From assembly GCF_018350175.1 (NCBI RefSeq), contig NC_058368.1, positions 166,658,001-166,722,000 on the forward strand: a stretch of 64,000 nucleotides of DNA, read 5' to 3'. The notes beneath the pieces are model-generated. The model was not told where the DNA came from. It searched no databases and saw only the letters and a list, made by a program, of their open reading frames with translations. The position numbers were made by a program, and so were the translations under genes. Below are positions 12,002-25,150 of this stretch, one piece after another (the first letter of the stretch is position 1; each line of letters opens with the position of its first letter). The stretch is from Felis catus (taxonomy: Eukaryota).

Positions 12002-12091
12002 GTAGACACATATAATCTATGTTCTAGTGCAGTAGAGGGTGTTTATATGAATGTGTGGCTCTACTTACTCCCCACCTCAAGGTCTCTTCCT
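12002..12091 (-). repeat. Right arm of the 90-bp inverted repeat (partner 10357-10446)
   Basis: Its reverse complement matches 10357-10446 with 2 mismatches. Confidence 0.95.
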
Positions 12092-13287
12092 CTCCTTTCT
12101 ATTGCTTTCTTACTCTCATCCAATTTCTAGACCTTTTTTTTTTTTTCCATAATCAGAGACTCTTTAATATCACTGCCAAAACAAAAGAACAACTGCTCCA
12201 AAGCCTACTGTTTAGCACAAAAGAACCAAATGTCATTCTCTTATATCTCACAGTCAATTTCCAGGAAGGGACAAAAGCAACATAAATTGATTTCCCCTTG
12301 GATTTGAATTTTGCAAACCCTCTTTAAAAAGTCTAGTTGCCTACAGTAATTCTAGGTAAAATAAGAAAAATATATCTCTTATTTTCACTATTTTTCCTAT
12401 TTCACTGTCCATATCTTTAACTCAATCCTATCTGTGCTCAATCTCCCTTGTTAATGTTTTCCTCCCATTTTTGTTTCCTTTGATTCCTTTCCTAATTCAT
12501 GTTCTTGCATCAACCTTTCCTCATTGTTTCCTATTATGCCTTTCTTCTGTACTCCATCTTCATTTCGTTATATGTCAAGGTTAGAAAATTTGATTTGAAC
12601 CCAAGTTGTTCTTACTTCAGTGATTATTTTCTGTCTGCTTTATCCAGCTGTTTGTTTAGGCACTGGTATTAACTACTTTTTTTTTAACCAAATTCTATCA
12701 TGTTTTAAAATGCTTAAAGTTATCATATAGCACATTGAATCATTTTACATATGATTCTAAACATATTTAATTAGAATGTAACAATATGGCAGTACTAAAC
12801 CTAAATACTATTTTTTAGTCTGCCATTTTTAGACTTCTTTTAAATAAAAAGTATGTTCAGAGAACATAGAGAATTTTTGTTTATATTTGTACCTTTATAG
12901 TCAATATAAGAAAACATTATTCAATATTTATTATATATATAGATATATAATATGTAGATAGATTTATATTATCTAATATTTTATTTAATCTCTCATTTAG
13001 CAAATAGCCCTATGCACCTACATTATCTTCTGTATTTATTTATATATTTACTTCGGATAAGAGACAGACATATCAGTATAAAAATTAAATTAGAGCTATG
13101 TACAAGGTGTTGTGGAATAAGGGATACAAGTAGCATATATCATAATAACAATAATATAATAATAATAATAATGATAATAATAGCCACAGTAACTATCACA
13201 TGGGATACTTTCAATTAAGTAGTATTCCTATACATCTCCATTTTACAGATGAGAAGAGAAATAGTTTGGGTAGTTTAAATAATTCCA

Positions 13288-13509
13288 GGGGCACCTGGGT
13301 GTTTGAGTCTGTAAAGCGTCCGACTTTGGCTCAGATCATGATCTCACAGTTCATGGGTTGGATCCCCACATGGGGCCCTGTGCTGACAGCTCAGAGCCTG
13401 GAGCCTGCTTCCGATTTTGTGTCCCTCTCTTGCTCTGCCCCTCCCCCAGTCGTGCTCTGTCTCTTTCTCTCAAGAATAAATAAAAAACATAAAAAAAATT
13501 TTAAATGAA
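13288..13509 (+). mobile_element. Can-SINE (SINEC_Fc type)
   Basis: ggggcacctgggtg head, CT tract, A-rich tail. TSD aaataattc(c/t)ag at 13277-13288 / 13510-13521. Confidence 0.93.
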
Positions 13510-13560
13510 AAATAATTCTAGATTCATGTAGAGTTTCATGCATTGAAACTGTCAGTTAAA

Positions 13561-13779
13561 GGGGCGCCTGGGTGGCGCAGTCGGTTGGGCGTCCGACTTC
13601 AGCCAGGTCACGATCTCGCGGTCCGGGAGTTCGAGCCCCGCGTCAGGCTCTGGGCTGATGGCTCAGAGCCTGGAGCCTGTTTCCGATTCTGTGTCTCCCT
13701 CTCTCTCTGCCCCTCCCCCGTTCATGCTCTGTTTCTCTCTGTCCCAAAAATAAATAAACGTTGAAAAAAAAAAAAAAAA
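13561..13779 (+). mobile_element. Can-SINE, very young subfamily
   Basis: CpG-rich, with diagnostic ggcgcagtcgg and ttcagccaggtcacg. Perfect TSD gaaactgtcagttaaa at 13545-13560 / 13780-13795. Confidence 0.97.
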
Positions 13780-15444
13780 GAAACTGTCAGTTAAAGCCAA
13801 GATTCGGACACTTGTCTGACTGCAAAGTCTGTTCACACATTGTATTGCCTCCATCTAAAGCTTGTGCCGTTCTATGAACTATATGAATGTATGCACTCAT
13901 AATGGTAGGCACAAATAATTTTAACTCAACAAAAGCAATTCTAAAAGGAATTTTCACTGGAAAAACATTTTTCATCCTTTGTGTTTCACAAAGGTCTTAT
14001 TGGTCAGTATATATAATGCAATGTGATCACTGACAGCTTCTACCTATAGTACCAATTAAACTTTCTATCAAATGATTGCCTTTGAAATATGTTCAATGTA
14101 TATTTAGGTTGTAGAGTAAGAAAGAGAAGGATGGAAGTCTGTCTGAACTGTGCTCAACCATGTAATGCAGTGGCAGGGACAAACACGTGAACACAGTAGT
14201 AGTTAAACGTGGCATTGCTCACAGCAGTCTAGGCTAAACAATTAGAGACTTTCTTCACAGGGGAATTATAGAAATCCCCAATGAGGTAAATCTCTATCTT
14301 CTATGTTCTAATTAACTTTAAAGTCATTCTATATATTTTACCTCTTCGAATAATCTGGAAAATGCTCATCAATGAATCAATCGTTGATGGGCTTCTAAAA
14401 TTTTTACATTATATGAATGACAACTTGTCACTGTAAAATTATTTCATAAGTGAAATTAGAGTTCAACCGGGAACTTTTGTGTCTTATTAATTGAAATGCC
14501 TAACAAATTTATAACCTAAGATGTTACATACATTTGGTAGAAAACATAAAATAAAACCATCATTTATGGCACACAAAAGTAAGCGTCACAGGCATAGAAG
14601 AAGTTGGCATTGACCACCAAACTCCTATCAACTGCTAGCACAAAAGTTCACAACTGAATGGTAGATCTGATTCAAGACTATAACATAGTCCCTAAATAAA
14701 ATTATTTTTTAAATGATGCAATTTTGAGATTGCATTATTACTCCTATCAATGGTATCTCTGCCACTCTGTCTAAAAGACATTTTAGATCCCATTATTGTG
14801 TGTTCATTCAATAGTTTCTGTCACTGAGGAATGAATCATAGATATTTTTTGAACCATTGGTCATGTTTTTATTTTTTCTAACTCCTAGACAAGAATTTCC
14901 ATTTAAGCTAAAGAAAGATGTCTATAGCCAGCCATGTAGAATTTGTCAGCTCAAAATTGTTAAGTGTTCTCTAAATCCCTTTCTTACATTTGGCAAGTCC
15001 ATTCCATTCTTCTCTACTCATTGCCTCTTTGCTTACATCTTGCTCACAAATCACTTCTCATAAAGCCATTGTAAGTGATCTACCTTCAGATCTGATTATC
15101 CTGTTTACAACTTCTCTTAGCACTTACTTTGAAAATTTTAGAAATCTTATTTGTTAGCAACTTTTCTTGTAATATTTTGTATTTTCCCACATATGCTTAT
15201 TTCATAAGACATTGAATGAGAACTTACACATTTTCTAGTCTTGTACCTCCCCAGAGAATATTTCAAGTTTCTAGCTTTAACTGTTTGCTTAGGATCCTTT
15301 ATATAACTCCACTTTTTTCACAACCTTCTCTGCCAAAAGACTATACAAGTGGAAGGAAAACATACTTTGCCTTTTGATTTAAATTTTCTAGTACAATCCT
15401 GAGAAAAAGTTGCAATACATTTGTCTATTGAGCACTTAACAACA

Positions 15445-15660
15445 AAGATAATAAAGTATTATTTTTTTAATTATGTACTATATGTCAGAGAGTGTTAAAC
15501 ACTTTATATATTTAACTGAGAGCAACTGTCATGTGCAACATTATCTCCAAAAACAAAGAAATTGAGGCCTTATTTAAGTAATTTGGCCAATGTCACACAA
15601 AACGTCCGTGAAATTGCCAACATTCTAATCAAGGTTTGTCTGATTCTAAAGCATGTTTTA
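15445..15660 (-). mobile_element. MIR remnant
   Basis: tactatatgtcagagagtgttaaacacttt...aaagaaattgaggc...aatgtcacaca...gtctgattctaaagc resembles the reverse-complemented MIR consensus. Confidence 0.55.
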
Positions 15661-16123
15661 GTTATGTATGAATAGTTTCCCTGCCAATGTGTGAGTAATC
15701 AGAGCACAGAGTCAACTGTGGAATAAAGGTGTATTGAGTGTTCTATCCACACTCTAAGCATGTGATCAGATGACAAACCAGAGTTTTCTCTTGCTGGCAT
15801 AAGCTTCATAAATTGTATCATTAGTACATTTTCTTTGATGACAATATTAATACTAGATACATTTTAATATAACATTGTTTTTACACAATTTTTTTAATAT
15901 GATTTTATTTCTTATCAATTTTATGTCTTGAGATGAATTTCAAATTATGTTGTCTAAATAAGTGAAACTTACCTTTTTTTTTTTTTTGTTCTAAATCCAG
16001 CATCTATATGTAATAGTAAAAAGAGAACTAGCCTACAGTCTGACCTGCTGAGTTGTGTCCTGATTTGGTCGCTGAAGAACTATGTGACCACATACAAGTT
16101 ATATAGGCCTTCTGGACCTAAGT

Positions 16124-16154
<31 letters not shown>

Positions 16155-16624
16155 ATGTGTAGATATAAAGGATTGGAAATGACTCTCTTTGTAATATTAC
16201 CCAATTATAATAGAAAAAAAACTTTTATTATGTAGTTATTAAGGATATATATACTCATGATATAAATAAATTAAATGACCTACAAATAAAGTGAACGAAA
16301 AAATAAGTGGTAGTACTATTATGTGCTCCCTGGGTTTATTTTTAAAAACTGGCAAAAAAAAAAAAAAAAAAAGAAACCCCTGAGTTCTTCCCAACCATAT
16401 ACATGGGCAAATCAAACTAACTCTCATAGAACCCATGTCTTAAAAAAGCAAGTCTATTTATCACAGCTCTAGAAGGCAAACAAGGAAATGGTCGTAGAAA
16501 AACTAACCCCCTGTGACAGCTATCGTTAAACACTCAAAGACTAAGCAATTTCTCAAAGAGTGAGAGAGGTAGATAGCAGTGACTATTCTTGGACCATGGT
16601 TAATTGATATCAGAACCCAACTTC

Positions 16625-17090
16625 AGATGTTGTATAGTAGGCATTTGAACACCTACACCCTGGTACCAGACTGCCTGAGTTAAATGATGGCCGCACTCAG
16701 AGCGCCTGGGTGGCTTGGTTGGTTGAGCCTCAGACTTCAGCTCAGGTCATGATCTCACCATTGCTGAGTTCGAGCCCCGTGTTGAACTCTGTGCGGACAT
16801 CTGAGAGCCTGAGGTTGCTCCAGATTCTGTGTCTCCCTCTCTCTCTCTGCCCCTCTCCTGCTCGCTCACTCTCTCTCTCTCTCTCAAAAATAAATATTAA
16901 GAATAATAATAAATGATGGCCGTGAACTCACTATCTCTGTGAACTTTGTTAATCTTTTTAATGCCTCAGATTGAGTTTCTTTGTATATTAATATGCCTAC
17001 CTCATAGAGTTGCTGTGAAGATTAACGTAGTTAATACAGGCAAAGCATTCACGAAGTGCTTTATTAATCACTCAATAAATGTAACTTATG
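16625..17090 (+). mobile_element. MIR remnant, interrupted by a Can-SINE
   Basis: ccagactgcctgagttaaat...atgcctcag...cctacctcatagagttgctgtgaagattaa...actcaataaatgt. Confidence 0.7.
16699..16909 (+). mobile_element. Can-SINE
   Basis: Head, CT tract and tail present. TSD taaatgatggccg at 16681-16693 / 16910-16922. Confidence 0.93.
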
Positions 17091-18426
17091 TTAGTGGAGG
17101 GTATAAGCTAAAGATTACAGTTGGTTACCTAAGCATCGGCTTGTGACCACAGGCATTTTTGTAGAACATTTGTACTTTGTATCGTTAGAGAAGTGCTACT
17201 TCTTTACCAGTCCATATCCTGCAAGAATGCTATATCAGAATCAGTGTCTTACTTTTAATTGTAATAATCACAACAAACATGGCAATCTATTTCCTATTTC
17301 TAAAATTGTATTATTGGAACAAATTTTAACAAAGAATGTGTCCTTATCAGTTCTCCTTTACCCAAGATAAAATGTTCCTGGTAATATCTTTCCACCCAAA
17401 TAACCTATTTACATAGATGATAAGGCAATTAGGAATGATTAGAATTATCAGATTTTGACCAGATCACCTCTAAAAGGTTTGATAGTGGGAGTGAACTTTG
17501 GGAGAACAAACAAGGAAATGATAAGGATAAATGGGGAAGGTATTTCTTTCAGAGTTATGGCTTGGTGAAAGTCTTAGAAATTAAGAGTGAATTTGTTGAA
17601 CAATACATGAAATCAGGATTTTAAAAAGAAAAAAAAAGACAGCTTCCTAAATATGAAAAAAAAAACTTTTTTTGAGGGGCATTGGTTTAAATTCTGGAAA
17701 CCTATTTCTTTGCATTAGTCAGAGCAAAACTCTAATGTAGACAAACCTCTCATTGATTTCAGATATATTTGATCTGTAGAATGTACCGAATGATAAAGTA
17801 GCTGGGAGTGCATAAAGAATGGGCATGCAAAGGTAAGATGGTAAATATATGCTGCACAATTAGAAGTAGAGTAAATTGAAGTCCGTCTAACATGAGACGA
17901 AACCAAATCAACAGGCACCTGCAATAATTTCAGGGTGATCGGCTACTCAAGACATGAAACCAACTTGGACCTATCAAAATAAGAAAAAGGCAGTGCAAAA
18001 ACAGACCTCTTAGCCAAAGTGAAAATGAAAAGTGAGAAATACCACACCAGGAAGCTTTCTCCAACACCCGGTTTCAAAGTCCAGAAACGAAAATCCTTTT
18101 TGGAAAGCTTTTGAGATATAATTACTTAAACTTTGTTTATAGTGGCACAATGAAGTCTTTTCTGTTCTTACCTTGCCAAAAAAGTAAAACCCTAATGGAT
18201 TAGGAACATCAACAACTGAAATACAGAGAACCTTAGAGTGGGAGGATGCCAAGAAGTATGAAATGTTTCTATTTCCTCCTTTGTGTTAGCAGCTGGACTC
18301 TACATTATTTTCTTTCAACTTGATCCCTTCTCCTCCTCTTAAAAAATCACATTTGTCAGTTGCTTTTGAGTTTTCCACTTTGCATTGAATTAACAGTATT
18401 GTGGAATATACTGTTGGAGTTTCTCG

Positions 18427-18427
<1 letters not shown>

Positions 18428-18460
<33 letters not shown>

Positions 18461-18480
18461 TATATATACACACATATATA

Positions 18481-18512
<32 letters not shown>

Positions 18513-18585
18513 TTTAATTAAATAAATATGGTTTGTGTGTGTGTATATATATATATTTATTTAAATAAATATATAATATATATAT
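18428..18585. repeat. Compound (CA)n/(TA)n/(GT)n microsatellite
   Basis: Read directly. Confidence 0.9.
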
Positions 18586-19167
18586 TTTCACTTCCATTAC
18601 CTACCTAGTTTTCTCAATATACGTAATATTTGACATACTTACTAACAAACTTTTTTTGTCATTAGATTTGTAATTCAACTTGACCTATAAACATTAACTG
18701 AGAGATATTTTACATCTTATGTTGAATGGTTTTTGAATTTTCCTATTTCATTTCCATGAAAATAATTGTTCCTTCTCATGAACAAATTATTTAAAAAATA
18801 AAAATATCTTTTTCATTGATGCTGTTTTATTCCTTCTGTATATGTGCCTACTATTAACAAATAATTATATATGGCAGTTCCTTCTCCATGAACTAATTTA
18901 CACATGCGGAATTGTAAGTAATGATTCTGGCAGACTCCAGATTTATGAAGATCAGCTGCTTTAATGACTATGAATATGTTGCCAACCCTCCTTATTTGTC
19001 TCCAAGAATCTCCTTGTAAATCACAGTCCTCTTTTTCAGCCCCACCTGGTTATCCCAACTCTGCACTATTCTCATTTCTAACCAAAGCACATAAAGACTC
19101 CTGAACCTAACCTGCTTCTTCCCTTTTCCTGATCAGGGTAATTGGTCTGGCTGCATGTTTTTTTTTG

Positions 19168-19199
<32 letters not shown>

Positions 19200-19346
19200 C
19201 TCCTGTTCTCATGTTGGTTTTCACTCCCCTGACCTCAGCTCTCTTCCCTGGAGATCAGGCCATTCTGCTTTCCCAATTACAAAAATTCCAAATGCCACAG
19301 AGTAATCCAAATCTTACTACTTTAGGTATACACGTGCGCACACACA

Positions 19347-19380
<34 letters not shown>

Positions 19381-19868
19381 AACACAAGTATATGTTGCAT
19401 TTCATGCTTATATTAAACACCAAAGATAAAATGTCCCATCAAAGAAGCAGTCTTAACCTACTTGCCTAGAAATTAATTTTAATTATTATGATCTGGCATT
19501 AATAAACATGGGTGGCCACATATCATGTATCAAGATAGCACATTATTTCATAATGGTGGTTGACTTAGAAGTCAAGTATCACAGCTTGAAAGAAGACAGC
19601 TAGTACTTTCTAAACAACTGCTTCTCAAATTTTGTGTATCCATAACCCAATTTTTGGACTAATAACTTGAAAAAAAAGGTATTGCTGTTAAATATTGGCA
19701 TTCCTTATTAATAAAACATTCCATGTCCTAATACAATCGGTTTCATTAGAAAACAATAATGGGGCTTTGACCTAATTATACAGCAAAATTTTAATATCAA
19801 TCAAAACAATCCTAACAATTAAAAATGCATTTCTTCTCTAATGCTACTGATATCCAAGGTAAGTGTTT

Positions 19869-20615
19869 TGTCAGAAAGGCCAAAATTAACAACACAAGAA
19901 ACAGATGTTGGCGAGAATGAGAAGAAATGGGAACCCTTCTGTACTGTTGGTGCAAATGCAAAATGGTGAAGCCACTCTGGAAAACAATATGGACTTTCCT
20001 CAAAAATGAGAAATATAACTAGCTTATGACCCAGCAATTGTACTACTAGGTATTTATCCAAAGGATACAAAAATGCTGTTTTGAAGGAGCACAGGCACCC
20101 CAGTGTTTATAGCAGCACAATCAACAATAGCCAAACTATGGTAAGAGCCCAAACTTCCATGGACTGATGAATGGATAAAGAAGATGTGGTATATATATCT
20201 ATACAGTGGGATATTACTCAATGATCAAAAAGAATGAAATATTGCCATTTGCAAAAACGTGGTTAGAACTGGAGTGTCTTATGCTAAGTGAAACAAATCA
20301 GATAGAGAAAGACAAATACTCTATGATTTCACTCATATGTGGAACTTAAACAAAATATATGAATATAGGGTAAGGGAAGGAAAAATAAAAACAGAGAGGG
20401 AGCCAAAGCATAAGAGACTCTTAAATACAGAGCACAAACTGAGGGTTGCAGGAGGGGAGATGGGCATTAGTGGGTGATGGGCATTAAGGAAAGCACTTCT
20501 TGGGATGAGGTCTGGGTGTTATATGTAAGTGATGAATCACTGAATTCTACTCCTGAAACCAACACTACATTCTATGTTAACTAACCTGAATTTAAATAAA
20601 TAAATTTAAAAAAAT
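19869..20615 (+). mobile_element. 5'-truncated carnivore L1 (ORF2 C-terminus and 3' UTR)
   Basis: aaaattaacaacacaagaaacagatgttgg...gagactcttaaatacagagcacaaactgagggttg...tgaatttaaataaa. No clear TSD. Confidence 0.88.
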
Positions 20616-21585
20616 AACTCCTGAACCTCTCTTATGCCATGTGTCATTGTGCACTATGCTAATTATAGCCTCACCATCTCCCAACCATTGAACACACTGT
20701 CCTTATTAGTACTTCCTAGATATCAGACAACTTGTAGTAGTATTATTTAATTATTGTTTTTAAATTACAGGTCTTCCATTTTAAACAATTTTTTGTTCAG
20801 TTTTAACCTGATTTTAAAACTTTATTTAGCTTTAAATATGGACAATGTATTTCAATGTTCACTGTCAATTCTTTTCTATTAATTGCGTTCTATTTATAAA
20901 AACTTACTTCATTTCAGTGTTTTAGGTAATTATTGCAAAGTTAATTCATAAATTATATTACTGAACATCTACATATTTGAATATGTACTTTGTTGGCTCA
21001 CCTATCTAAAAAATCAAGTTAGTTGAGTATAAAAGTATTGTGTGCAAGATTTTATATGTCATAGCCCTCTATTTTTTATTTTAATTTATTGAAAAAAAAA
21101 GTCTGTTGCCATACTAATAACTCCTTTTTATATTCAACAAAATTTTTTATCCTCTTATTTTTCGTAGTGTTTTCTCTCTCATGTGTGTGTGTGTATATGT
21201 GTGTGAGTACAATTTTAAAATTGAGCAGGTACCAAAATGTGTATTACTTATTTTTATATCTATTGAAATATTGTGAAATTTTTAATCTGAAGTAACATTC
21301 TGATTTACTCATCTTAAGAAAAATTTCTTATGCTATAAATTTGATTAATTGCATTTTGAAAATATTTTTTCTGATTTTATTATTCTGAATGTTTATTTTC
21401 ATGCATGTAATATGTCCACGTGCCTTCACAAAGCTATTCCTAGGCCTTGTATTATAATGTTTTCAGAATTCTATTTTCCTTATTCAGTAACACTTCACAT
21501 AATATCTATTTAATATTTAGGTTTAACACTTGCTGGTAGATGCATATTTATATAGGAAGAGTCCACTTTATTTCATATTCTAACC

Positions 21586-21798
21586 CAGAGATCAGAAACC
21601 TTTTTCAGCAAGGAACCCAGTAGTAAATATTTGAGGCTTTGGAGGCCACACAGTCTCTGCCATAGCTACTTAACTCCATCATTATATTCAAAGACAATAT
21701 GTAGGTAAATGAGTGTGGCTGTGTTCCAATGAAACTATATTTACAAAAACATCTAGGAGGCCAAATTTGGCCTTTAAGGCATAGTTTGCCAACCCCTG
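21586..21798. mobile_element. MER58A hAT-Charlie MITE
   Basis: Termini cagagatcagaaacc / tagtttgccaacccctg, internal gtgtggctgtgttccaatgaaac, and a degenerate 8-bp TSD ttctaacc / ctctaatc. Confidence 0.85.
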
Positions 21799-21885
21799 CT
21801 CTAATCCAAAAGGTTCTCTTGGCTCTCTCATCTTAATTATAACTAGAGAACAAGTTGATACACAGATCCAACCCAATGACCTGCC

Positions 21886-21953
21886 TCTAGTGCAGTACTC
21901 TAATATTCTAATGCAATACTCTAGTATTCTAGTGCAGTACTCTAGTGCGCTAC
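21886..21953 (+). repeat. Short minisatellite built from tctagtgcagtac and tctagtat units
   Basis: Four diverged copies of a 13-mer, two of them preceded by an 8-mer spacer. Confidence 0.75.
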
Positions 21954-22164
21954 TTCTCTGTTACCTCAGGGAGCTCTTCTACTTCCAGTGCCTTGTTCTT
22001 ATATTTGAATTTATACATAATTGTAAAAACTTCATACCCTGGCGTATTCTGCTATAATAGATCTTCTTCAACTACTTATCTGTCTTGCCTGTAGTACTCT
22101 ACTTATGGGGCCTGTTTATCCAACATTCAGAAGTGCAAAGCTGTGTAATTTTCTGTTTACCCAT

Positions 22165-22693
22165 CTCTATTAGTTATCTATTGTTGAATAATAAATTATC
22201 ACAAATTTAGCAGTTTAAAACAACACACATTTATTACCTCACAATCACCAGGGGGCAGGAATCTGGGCATAGCTTAACTATGTTCTCTGCTTAAGCCCTC
22301 ACAAGACTGCAGTGAAGATATTGACTAAGAAGTGTTCTCATCTGAAGGCTTAACTGGGAAATAACCTACTTCTAAGCCCATTTGTGTTTGCTGGCAGAAT
22401 TTACTTCCTTATAGTTGTAGGACTGAGGGTACTGGCTATTGGCTAGGGGCAACTCTCAGATTGTATAGGTTATCCACTGTTCTTTGCTAGGGGGTCTTTC
22501 CCCCAATGAAAGCTCACTTTTCTAACCAACAAGAAGAGTTTCTAAAGGGAGTTTACTAGCAAGATGGAACCTCACAAAGGTATTTGATCATGGAAATGAC
22601 ATTCTATTGCTTTTGGACATTCTGTTGCTAGTGCGAAGTGTAAACATCAGGAGGCAGGCGTGTTAGGGGCCACCTTAGACTGTATCTGCAACA
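22165..22693 (-). mobile_element. MLT1F/E-like MaLR solo LTR
   Basis: tattagttatctattg...aaatttagcagtttaaaacaacacacatttatta...caggaggcagg...ggggccaccttag. Confidence 0.75.
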
Positions 22694-23809
22694 CTATTGA
22701 CACTAAGCCTCTAACTTAGGAAATAAAGAACAATAAATGTACAAATTATTTTTTGTCTTTGAATTTTAGTCTTTTTAATAGGAAGCATGTGTATACCATA
22801 ATTGTAGGTTATGAACCTTTAGGGCTAATTCCCTAATTTGGAAAATAGATTGTTTACCAATAATCATTTGGTTACTTGTATCTTTTCTAATCTTCAAAAT
22901 TATTACTGGTGGAAGTTGTTAAAGGTTGCATCAGATACTTTTTTTTAGCCAGGTATCATTTTAAACCAGAGATCTACAGGATCAGTCAATTCTAAATGTA
23001 GTATTTTATTTGAAACATCTTATCAAGAAGGCAGAACTTTCCTATGTCAGTTTAATAGAGGTAAATTCCTTTTAGGCAGCAACTGCTCAAGCATGATGGT
23101 TTGAATCCAAAGGTATCATCATGATCTTGTAACAGAATAGCTTGACAAAATGACCCATGCTTACCAAGGTTTGCCAAAGCACACTCATTATGTTTAGAAG
23201 TTACATTGACAAGGCTAGTTCACAAATGCTCATATTTCAAACTATTGTAGCTCTGATACTTCCTAGAAAGGCAAAGGACAAGAACATAAGTTAGAATGAC
23301 TTGGCTAAATTAAGTTCAAGGACAGGTTACTGGCAGTTATTAAAACTTGAATCAGTTATCTACTGAGTTCATGTTCTTGAATCATTATTATGTTCTTAAA
23401 GCTGCCTAGTTGACCAATCACTAAAGAAGACTATTTTCTGAAGAATGTAACTTCTATAACTTTTGCTTATTTGCTTTAGAAATTTAAGGCAAAAGATATA
23501 TAATATCTTCAAATTTGGATTTGTGTAACATTCCATTTATCCTCTCATCTACTTTTATATAAGTAGGTTTAATTTATAATTAACCCTAAGTTTTCTCCTA
23601 AAACCTGTTTATTTCTCTAAAAAAATACATGTGGATGGATAATCCAAGATTGTTATTTGACAATAACAATTATGTTATGACTTAAAAGAATATGTTCCTA
23701 AAAATTAAAGCTTCTCTTACACATATATTCATAAGATTTTCTTTTAAAAATTTTATGAAATTGGTTAGTTAGGTCTTTCATGTTTAATGACTGTTAAACA
23801 GTAAACTTT

Positions 23810-25150
23810 TTTTTTTGAAAAAATATTATGAAATATATCAGACATTCTTAAAGACTAAAAATTTATATAGGAAACCTGTGTATCCCATTCCAGGTTATAC
23901 AACATGTTGAAATCATGAATATTGCACTTAGAAATCCCATTCCCCACCTGTTCTCATAATACTTAACCATTTTCAAAAATTTGAATGTTGGCATTTCCAT
24001 CCATCTCTTTTTACATTTTTTTCTGCAAAGCATAGATATACAAAACTTATATATGATTGTTTTATAGCAATATTTTTACAAAATCTATTCTCATATATGT
24101 AATACTACTCAACAGTTGTTAATACAGAGAGCAACCTATATTATTATGTAATTGAAGAACTCTGCTACCAGAAACATTCTTGCCTATATATGTCTCGGTG
24201 TAAAAATATTTTAAAGGTTTTCTGTGTTCTATAACTTGAGATGAAATTACTGTGTCATATGGTGAACGCATCTTCAAATTTGCTAAATATTGCCAAATTT
24301 CTTTCCAATTTATACCTATTTAATGAATTAGAATTACCAGTTTTTTTTTAATATACACAAGTTTTCATCTTGTGTATAAAATCCTTCCCTACCAAAGTGG
24401 TATATTCTCTGATATATTTTTATTAACTCTTTAAAGTTTGTTGTCTAAGATGTTTGTTTGTCTAAGATCCTATTAGTTGCTAGAGCTTCATGGGACAACC
24501 CAGTATTTGTTAGGTTAAGCCTCACTAAATACTCCTATGAAAATTTCTTGGCTGCTCTTAGCCATTTGCTTTTCCATATAATGGTAAGAATACACATGCC
24601 AAATTAAAAAAAAAAAAACTGAAAGAATTTTTATTGGAATTGTGAGAAATTTATGAATTAATATGAAGATAATTACCATACTTAGGATATTTTTCCTCTC
24701 ATAAATATGTTATATATTGCAATGTAGTATTTATTTTTAATGTCTTTCAATAAAGTTTTTAATGTTCTCCATAAACATCATTGTACAGCTATTGTTGAAC
24801 TTATTCTGAGACACTTTATTATGATTATTGCTTAGTTAAGTGGTATTTTATATCTTTAAATGATTCCTGATGATATATAAAAATGCAATTTTATTTTTTT
24901 TAATTATTTATATTATGTTCAGAAAATTTACTAATCTCTCTTATTAATAGCAATAAGCTCTTCTGTGCTTTTCATGAAAACCATACTAATTGTGAATGAT
25001 AAAAGATTTCTTTAAATATTTTAGGGTCTCTGAAAATCTTACATCTTTTATTTCCTTTTTGTCATCCAACATCTTATAGGTCCATAATTACTATGTTAAA
25101 TAGAAATGATTATGGCTTCTTTTTGTTTCTATTTGTCCAAGATACCTTTA
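23810..25150 (-). mobile_element. Ancient L1ME-type fragments
   Basis: Degraded antisense L1 motifs such as gaaattactgtgtcatatggt and tttattggaattgtgagaaatttatgaattaat. Confidence 0.5.

Larger units (their letters stand above)
13175..13835 (-). mobile_element. MIR SINE remnant split by two Can-SINEs
   Basis: Core motif ctccattttacagatgagaa near 13237 and gccaagattcggacacttgtctgactgcaaag after 13796. Confidence 0.6.

Noticed and set aside
13543..13764. Near-identical 73-83-aa ORFs here and at 31321..31572 (GAPGW...SVPKINKR), plus MAQSVKRPTSAQV-type ORFs elsewhere
   Set aside because: Translations of Can-SINE consensus sequence, not a gene family.
14261..14285. Possible 25-bp micro-exon (ttcttcacag|GGG...GAG|gtaaat)
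   Set aside because: Short, not frame-preserving, with no recognisable peptide or partner exons; such site pairs are common by chance.
17919..17970. Minus-strand acceptor-like site followed by a weak donor
   Set aside because: Stops in all three frames and a poor donor (gtgcct).
21928..21940. 13-mer ttctagtgcagta shared with the inverted-repeat arm near 12022
   Set aside because: A 13-bp match is expected many times by chance in 64 kb, and it does not extend.
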